This document shows positions 58,139 to 64,000 of a stretch of DNA of 64,000 bases, one piece after another. The position numbers and the translations under genes were made by a program. The stretch covers positions 813,810 through 877,809 of the forward strand of contig JAHPZH010000002.1 of NCBI GenBank assembly GCA_019058315.1. Direction: 5' to 3'. Origin of the DNA: Candidatus Helarchaeota archaeon (lineage in GTDB: Archaea; Asgardarchaeota; Lokiarchaeia; Helarchaeales; RDOG01). The notes below the pieces were generated by a model. It was given only the letters and a program-made list of their open reading frames with translations. It was not told the DNA's origin and did no database searches. Each line of letters opens with the position of its first letter. Within the stretch, counting starts at the first letter, position 1.

Positions 58139-58151
58139 GTATCACTGATAC
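58139..58151. promoter_or_regulatory. Palindrome GTATCA-C-TGATAC
   Basis: Perfect 6-1-6 core between the divergent genes 58098(-) and 58300(+). Confidence 0.65.
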
Positions 58152-58299
58152 ATAAACTATAAGAACTTTAGATAAATAAACTATATTAATTTTATACATG
58201 AGTATACATGAGTTAAATGACCAAGATTAGCCAATTTTGTTAATTTTGACTCTATGGGATATATATATAGATTTATAAGGAATGCATTTCAATATATAG

Positions 58300-58677
58300 T
58301 TGGAGCTTTTTAATAAACAATTGGAGGTTAAAAAGATCAAAACATCAGAAAATAGGGTTAAAAAGTCTAAGATCTCTATATTAGAAAATTTGCTTAATAA
58401 TCTTGAAAAAAAATCAATTGAATCTAATATTTCTGAATTTCTCCAATCTCATCGACATGAACCCTATAATTCTTTAGAACTTTATAACTTGCTCATTGGA
58501 GAAATGTCCTACACATTGGACCTAGAAAACTCAATTTGGTCTTGGGAGAAGGCTGATGAATTTTTTTTGAAATTCACAAATCATCTAGATTTTCGAGATA
58601 AATTAAGTGAATTAGCTAATAGGGGTATAATAAAAAGGAAAATTATTAATGGGCAAAACCATTATTTCGTTGATTAA
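58300..58677 (+). CDS. Small winged-helix-like protein
   Basis: C-terminal 'LSELANRGIIKRKIINGQNHYF' helix-wing pattern. Confidence 0.55.
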   Translation: MELFNKQLEVKKIKTSENRVKKSKISILENLLNNLEKKSIESNISEFLQSHRHEPYNSLELYNLLIGEMSYTLDLENSIWSWEKADEFFLKFTNHLDFRDKLSELANRGIIKRKIINGQNHYFVD

Positions 58678-58855
58678 ACTATATCAACATCTCTAAAAAG
58701 AAAATTAATACTAGAAGCAATCGAGAAAATTAAAGACCAAATTCTATTCTTAATTATATTTTAGAAAACCCTTATGAACTTTAATTACCGAATAAGATAT
58801 AATAAAAAACTATAAAATACAGAAATATTCATGATATTACAAAAAGGGTTAATGA

Positions 58856-59908
58856 ATGACAGAGATTCTTTTTAAAAGTAAAATTATTTCCGATATTAAA
58901 TATAATCTCCCTATATTTATTTTTTGTAGTTTATTAACTTTAATCTTCTTTATTCACTTTTTTATTCAATTAATTTCATCTTTAGTTGAAGATATATATT
59001 ATCATTTGGCTCAAATTGGAGTTACTATATTTTTAACATTATTTTTATTTTTCTTTTGGCTTGGATTTCAATTTTATGGTTCATATTTAATCATACAAGA
59101 CGATGGAATAAAAATAAAGAAACCTTACAGATTTTTTCGACATAAATTCATACCGTGGAATTCTATTAAAGGAGTTCTATTTACAGATAGAGGAATTACT
59201 TGGCTTACTGGAATGAGATCAATAAATTTTAATACAATTGAAATTTTCTTTAAAAATAATAAGAAATCGGTGGAACTTTCAAATATCTGGGTAAATCCAA
59301 TCAGAGAAGCTTATAAATGGTTGGAAAAATATATAGACCCTCTTTATATATCTGAAAATTGCGAATTTCACCCTCATATTGAAGCCAGTAGCCAATGTTT
59401 AAAATGCGGCAGGTCAGTTTGCAGTGATTGCATTGAGGAAAAAAGTATTGGAGGAACTAATTATTGTGAGTGTTCTCTATGTTTATTTGATAAGATGAAC
59501 GGTAGAATAAGAACTGTTTCTATTATCTCATTGATTTTCCCTATAATAATGCTTATAGATTATATTTCAGGCTTTTTTATTCCTCCTTTAATTTATCTAA
59601 CTCGACAATTAAATGTATCTATAGCAATCCCATTTTTGGTTGCCCTCATAATATTACCTTATGGATATGGGCTTTATTTTGCAAATTTGAAAAGATTAAG
59701 TATCTTAAGAAAATTAAAAATAGAATTTAATAAACAATCTTTCATATTAGTTAGCTGTTTGACCATTGCTACTTCTGTTTCTTATTCATTATTTTTTTTA
59801 ATTCTTATTAATATATTCTCGCTTCTAGGTTTTTTAATATATACTGGTATTTATGCATTAATTATTTGTAAATTTGAATATCCAAAAAAAAATTCAAATG
59901 AGTTATAA
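58856..59908 (+). CDS. 2-TM plus PH-like domain, B-box-like zinc finger and 4 TM (paralog 3)
   Basis: N-half paralogous to 47975/49839; 'CEFHP...CLKCGRSVCSDC...CECSLC'. Confidence 0.75.
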   Translation: MTEILFKSKIISDIKYNLPIFIFCSLLTLIFFIHFFIQLISSLVEDIYYHLAQIGVTIFLTLFLFFFWLGFQFYGSYLIIQDDGIKIKKPYRFFRHKFIPWNSIKGVLFTDRGITWLTGMRSINFNTIEIFFKNNKKSVELSNIWVNPIREAYKWLEKYIDPLYISENCEFHPHIEASSQCLKCGRSVCSDCIEEKSIGGTNYCECSLCLFDKMNGRIRTVSIISLIFPIIMLIDYISGFFIPPLIYLTRQLNVSIAIPFLVALIILPYGYGLYFANLKRLSILRKLKIEFNKQSFILVSCLTIATSVSYSLFFLILINIFSLLGFLIYTGIYALIICKFEYPKKNSNEL

Positions 59909-59924
59909 AAAATATAGAATGAAA

Positions 59925-60875
59925 TTATTCATTTATTTCATTCAGTCTGAGTATTCGTTTATATGTCAATGGATGTGTCATTAAAATCTCAACTTTTGAC
60001 ATCTTTCTTTCTTTTTTAATTTCTTTCTCGATTATTTTTCTTTTCTCGGCTGAAATTCTCCCCATATTTGAAACTTCAGTTAATAGAGATATATCTTCTA
60101 CTATCCTAGAATCTGAAATTAAAAAAGCACTTAGAGTCGCTTCTGCGCTTGTAATTTCTCGATTTTTCGTCGCAGCTTCATTTAAATAAGCGATATTAAT
60201 TAAACCTCTAGTCAAAGGTCTTGGTCCTAAAACCTCTTTCGAATAATTGTCTGCATAATACTCCCTATACCTCGAAACTAATAATACACCTAGATTCAGC
60301 AGAAAGTAAAAAACCCATGCTAACGCCCCAATTAATATCATATTCCCTCTATCACGACTTCCATATGAACTCCACATGAAAGAATACGCAATCATGTAAG
60401 CAATGAGGGGCATAGTGGAGATTAACATCATGACTTTCATATCATTATGCTTGACATGACCTATTTCATGAGCAATTATTCCTTCCATGGCTTCTGGATC
60501 GTCACTAAGGCTATATAACAATCCTTGGGTTACGACTAATTTAGCTTTGCGAATTCCAAATACAAAAGCATTTGCCCTCTTCATTTTACTTATACCTATT
60601 TTGCTAATTTTAACATTTGCCTGCTCCGCTTGCCTTACTACCATACTCCGCAATTCTGGGTAGTCATTAGGACCATCTAACCAAGTAATTCCCGCTATCG
60701 CCTGAATTAACCTGTCTGATAACCCCCATTGAAGGAGAATCATTATGAGAGCCATGGCCAAAGGATAAATGAGTAAATTCATTCCGTTTAATCCAATTAA
60801 ATATCCTATCAATAACATAAAGCCAAAAATCGTGCTAAATAATAGCATAATGGCTAAAGTCATGCGAAATTTCAA
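59925..60875 (-). CDS. htpX: HtpX-like M48 zinc metalloprotease
   Basis: 'ANAFVFG', 'IIAHEIGH', 'SRYREYYAD', 'THPLTYKRI'. Confidence 0.88.
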   Translation of the reverse strand: MKFRMTLAIMLLFSTIFGFMLLIGYLIGLNGMNLLIYPLAMALIMILLQWGLSDRLIQAIAGITWLDGPNDYPELRSMVVRQAEQANVKISKIGISKMKRANAFVFGIRKAKLVVTQGLLYSLSDDPEAMEGIIAHEIGHVKHNDMKVMMLISTMPLIAYMIAYSFMWSSYGSRDRGNMILIGALAWVFYFLLNLGVLLVSRYREYYADNYSKEVLGPRPLTRGLINIAYLNEAATKNREITSAEATLSAFLISDSRIVEDISLLTEVSNMGRISAEKRKIIEKEIKKERKMSKVEILMTHPLTYKRILRLNEINE

Positions 60876-61344
60876 AACAAATGACGTATTAATTCACCTC
60901 TATCATTTTTTCTAAAAATCGAACTGTTCTCGAAAATCAATACGCTCTAGCTTAAAAATTGAAAAAAACTATAAATGTCTTACCGTTTCGGCATATTTCA
61001 GATCTGCTAACTCTTGTTTTTCGAATGCTAATCAACCAAAATATTTTTTACTTCTTATAAAACTAAAAATAATTTGTATTATTTTAAATTTGTTATGTTT
61101 TTTTAACTTAAATTTAACTTTAAATCTAATAAACGGAGGAATATACTATTTTAGATTTTTTAGTCAAATATATTAGACCAATTTAATTCACTAGTTGTGG
61201 CAAGTGATGATTTTCAAGTATCTATGGACTTTGAAATACTTGTATTGACCTAATTGATTGTAGTTTCAGAATTTTTTTATAACTTTATAGACAAAAAATT
61301 ATGTAATAAAAATTAATAACTTTCTAAACTTATAATGATTAAAA

Positions 61345-64000
61345 ATGAGGGATTCTTTAGAAACATCTTCATCTTGGTTTGGCGTTGAATTCCTCTTTGG
61401 AGTAATAGCATTTCCATCTTTTCTGGGTGGGATTGGCTCAGATTTTAATGATTACTTTCTTTTCCTCGTATATTATTTGATTTTTTCTTTTCTATATATA
61501 GCGATGTTAATATTTGATTATGTAAAATGGAAAGTGTTTAAACAAAAATTAATTAAAGTGGAACTAGTAATTAATACAATTTTCCTAGGATTTTCCATTT
61601 TCAACCACTTTTTCACTTTTTCTTTTATATTTGATAATTTTAATATAACTAATAATTATTTTTTAGGCTTTTTAACCTTATCAATTCCTTTTTTCATAGA
61701 ATTTTCATTCAATGTAATTATAAGTTTTAAAACTTGGTATAAACAATTTAAAAAAGCAAATATTGGAAAAAAAACTGTTATTAAATCATATATTAAATTA
61801 AAAAAAATAAAAGATATTGACTCTATTCTTACAAATCAAAATTTTATTGAATCACCTGAAAGAAAAATAGGTGGTAGAAATTGGGAAGATCTTAAAAATA
61901 CAGTTTATGCTTCATATAGACTTCCAAATTATCGATTTCAAGATCTTAAAAAGGCAAATATCTTGTTGATTCATGGAGACATAGGGATAGGAAAAACCAC
62001 ATATCTCTTATTTCTAATTGAAAATCTATTGCAAAAAAAAGAATCTGTCATATTTATAGATTCACTAAACCTAGAAACAGCATTTGAAGAATTACACGAC
62101 GAAAAAGGTAAAATTTTAGCAATTGATGCTCTTGGAAGAAGCGCTAGAAAATTTGAAGACGATTTTGAAGAGATTTGCAAAAAGGTAATAGATTTTGTGT
62201 TTTCTACAGGAAATAAAATTATAATAACAATGAGAAACCATGAGAAAGAAATTTTTAAAAAATTTTTAGCAACTTATGAAATAATAGAATTTCAACCAAA
62301 GGTTGTAGAAGAAGATCTTGCTCATATTTTAGCAAATTATTTACGCTTTTTTAAAGTTTCTGCATTTTCGCTATCCTTAGAAGAAACTTGTAATATTTTA
62401 ATAAATAAAAGATGGGATAGATTTCCAAAATTAAAAGAAGCTTTAGATTTATTAGTTTTTAAATCCGGGGTTGTGCCATTTTATATATTTCATACTATAA
62501 GAGAATTGCACAGAAGAAATAAAAAATTTAATCTAGATACAATCGGAGATCTACCAAAAGGAGTTGAAAAAATTTTACTTCATACCCTTATTAATGATTT
62601 TATAGGAGAGGAAGAAGAACAAAATAATTTATTTATAGCAAATCTGATTGTAATATCAAGATTAAGAGGCGACTTTTCACATAAACTTATAGATACTCTA
62701 ATATCAAAATTAAAGGATATATTAGATATCGGTTTAGGATTTCAAAATGCTAGAAAAAAAATTGATAACTTTAAAAATAATTTCATGATACATACAACAA
62801 ATTATGAAGTACTCCTACCTGTTTATTGGAAAGATGCTATCAATGAAGTATTATCAAGGAAAATAGATTATAAGGATTTACCCGATAAATTCATAAGAAT
62901 AAATAGATTAATAGATGAAAATTTTATTGAAAAAGTTTTGAAAGAAGAACTGGAAAAACGCAAAATCGATGAAGAATATTTCCACATGATTGCAGACGCT
63001 ACTAAACAAGGTATGCTAGACTATGCTTTTGAAAAATATAATTCAATAGATATTACAAATAAAGAAAGAGCCTATACTCTTTCAATTTTATCAAAATCAT
63101 TATTTAATAAGGCCCTGTTTCTCAAAAAAAGAAAAAAACCAAAAAAAGCTTTGGATTATCTTAATAAAATCATTATTATTGAACCTAAAAGTAGTTCTGC
63201 ATGGACTAACAAAGGAAATATTTTAAATGAACTTGGTAATTCAAAAGATGCTATAATTTCTTATGAAGAAGCTATTAATATAGACCCAACACATGTTTGT
63301 CCTATTATTAACAAAGGTATTACATTGACTAAATTGGGAAAAATTGAGGACGCTTTAGCTTGTTATGATAAAGCACTCGAAATTAATTCTAATGATGATA
63401 TAGCTTATATTAATAAAGGTGCTACTTTGTTTAAAGTAGGAAAAATAGAAGATGCTTTAACTTGTTTTGACAAAGCACTCGAACTAAACCCCAAAAAAAC
63501 AAAAACCCTTTCTAATAAAGGTAATGCATTAGCTGAATTAGGAAAATTAGAAGACGCCATTGCTAGTTATGATAAAGTACTTGAACTTGAACCTACTAAT
63601 ACTATTATTATTTCTAATAAGGGTGTCTGTTTGTTTCAATTGGGAAATATTGAAGATGCTTTAGTATGTTTTGATGAAGTCCTTGAACTTAACCCTAAAT
63701 ATGTTGATGCCATTATTTATAAGGGTATTATGTTATGTAAAATGAAAAAAATAAAAGAAGGGATTATTTATTTCGATGAAGCGATTAAACTTGACCCGAA
63801 TGAAGCAAAAGCTTTTGTTAATAAAGGTCTTGCATTATCTAATTTGGGAAAATTAGAAGAATCTTTAGCTTTTTATGATAAGGCTCTCGAACTTGAACTC
63901 AATGACGCTATAGTTTATTTAAATAAGGGTACTACTTTGTTTACGTTGGGAAAGATAGAAGATGCTTTAGCTTGTTTTGATAAAGCACTCGAACTTAATC
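61345..64000 (+). CDS. Partial TM-STAND NTPase-TPR protein (more than 885 aa, runs off window end; absent from the ORF track)
   Basis: Frame from ATG 61345: about 4 TM, Walker A GDIGIGKT, Walker B ILAIDA, IIITMR, SGVVPFYI (GxP-like), at least 8 TPRs at 102-bp spacing. Confidence 0.85.
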   Translation, partial: MRDSLETSSSWFGVEFLFGVIAFPSFLGGIGSDFNDYFLFLVYYLIFSFLYIAMLIFDYVKWKVFKQKLIKVELVINTIFLGFSIFNHFFTFSFIFDNFNITNNYFLGFLTLSIPFFIEFSFNVIISFKTWYKQFKKANIGKKTVIKSYIKLKKIKDIDSILTNQNFIESPERKIGGRNWEDLKNTVYASYRLPNYRFQDLKKANILLIHGDIGIGKTTYLLFLIENLLQKKESVIFIDSLNLETAFEELHDEKGKILAIDALGRSARKFEDDFEEICKKVIDFVFSTGNKIIITMRNHEKEIFKKFLATYEIIEFQPKVVEEDLAHILANYLRFFKVSAFSLSLEETCNILINKRWDRFPKLKEALDLLVFKSGVVPFYIFHTIRELHRRNKKFNLDTIGDLPKGVEKILLHTLINDFIGEEEEQNNLFIANLIVISRLRGDFSHKLIDTLISKLKDILDIGLGFQNARKKIDNFKNNFMIHTTNYEVLLPVYWKDAINEVLSRKIDYKDLPDKFIRINRLIDENFIEKVLKEELEKRKIDEEYFHMIADATKQGMLDYAFEKYNSIDITNKERAYTLSILSKSLFNKALFLKKRKKPKKALDYLNKIIIIEPKSSSAWTNKGNILNELGNSKDAIISYEEAINIDPTHVCPIINKGITLTKLGKIEDALACYDKALEINSNDDIAYINKGATLFKVGKIEDALTCFDKALELNPKKTKTLSNKGNALAELGKLEDAIASYDKVLELEPTNTIIISNKGVCLFQLGNIEDALVCFDEVLELNPKYVDAIIYKGIMLCKMKKIKEGIIYFDEAIKLDPNEAKAFVNKGLALSNLGKLEESLAFYDKALELELNDAIVYLNKGTTLFTLGKIEDALACFDKALELN

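Noticed and set aside
44800-60000. Integron cassette array with attC sites
   Set aside because: Genes lie in mixed orientations, no recurring RYYYAAC...GTTRRRY folded sites were seen, and the recombinase is 35 kb away with no evident IntI-specific insertion
1707-62180. Numerous 60-130 aa ORFs overlapping longer genes, mostly antisense (e.g. 1707, 4080, 18504, 31328, 47080, 49587, 61971)
   Set aside because: Shadow ORFs of well-supported genes with no motifs; for 47080/49587 the substitution pattern favours the minus-strand frame
1-64000. tRNA or rRNA genes
   Set aside because: No GC-rich cloverleaf or rRNA-like segment was found in any intergenic region

Overview
AT-rich (about 30% GC by eye) 64-kb segment, most likely from an Asgard archaeon (Loki/Hel-like). 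The inference rests on two Rab-like and one Arf-like small GTPases, roadblock, longin and DENN-like domains, a Vps62-like protein, many TPR/ankyrin/LRR proteins, and archaeal genes (TrmB, COG2413-like nucleotidyltransferase, ADP-forming acyl-CoA ligase). I found no rRNA, tRNA or CRISPR array. Mobile or recombination features are a TnpA-less IS200/IS605 TnpB element with a 3' omegaRNA-like hairpin series, a tyrosine recombinase with a 4-Cys insert and a 74-nt palindrome over its start codon, and a rearranged accessory region at about 44.8-60 kb containing a 256-bp duplication and a 1.8-kb block flanked by 21-bp direct repeats. The best candidate for an undescribed system is at 38.2-42.2 kb: roadblock, TrmB regulator, Rab-like GTPase (overlapping TrmB), a five-copy 17-bp repeat array, a longin-DENN putative GEF and a stand-alone 7TM protein. 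It may form a receptor/GEF/GTPase/transcription-factor signalling module. A recurrent intergenic palindrome, GTATCA-N-TGATAC, lies upstream of this module and of several membrane/lipid genes. Other notable genes are a three-module Cdc48-like AAA ATPase, an MFS-longin fusion, a membrane-anchored STAND-TPR NTPase (partial, absent from the ORF track) and an ankyrin gene broken by one in-frame TAA. All domain calls come from motif recognition by eye; no searches were run.
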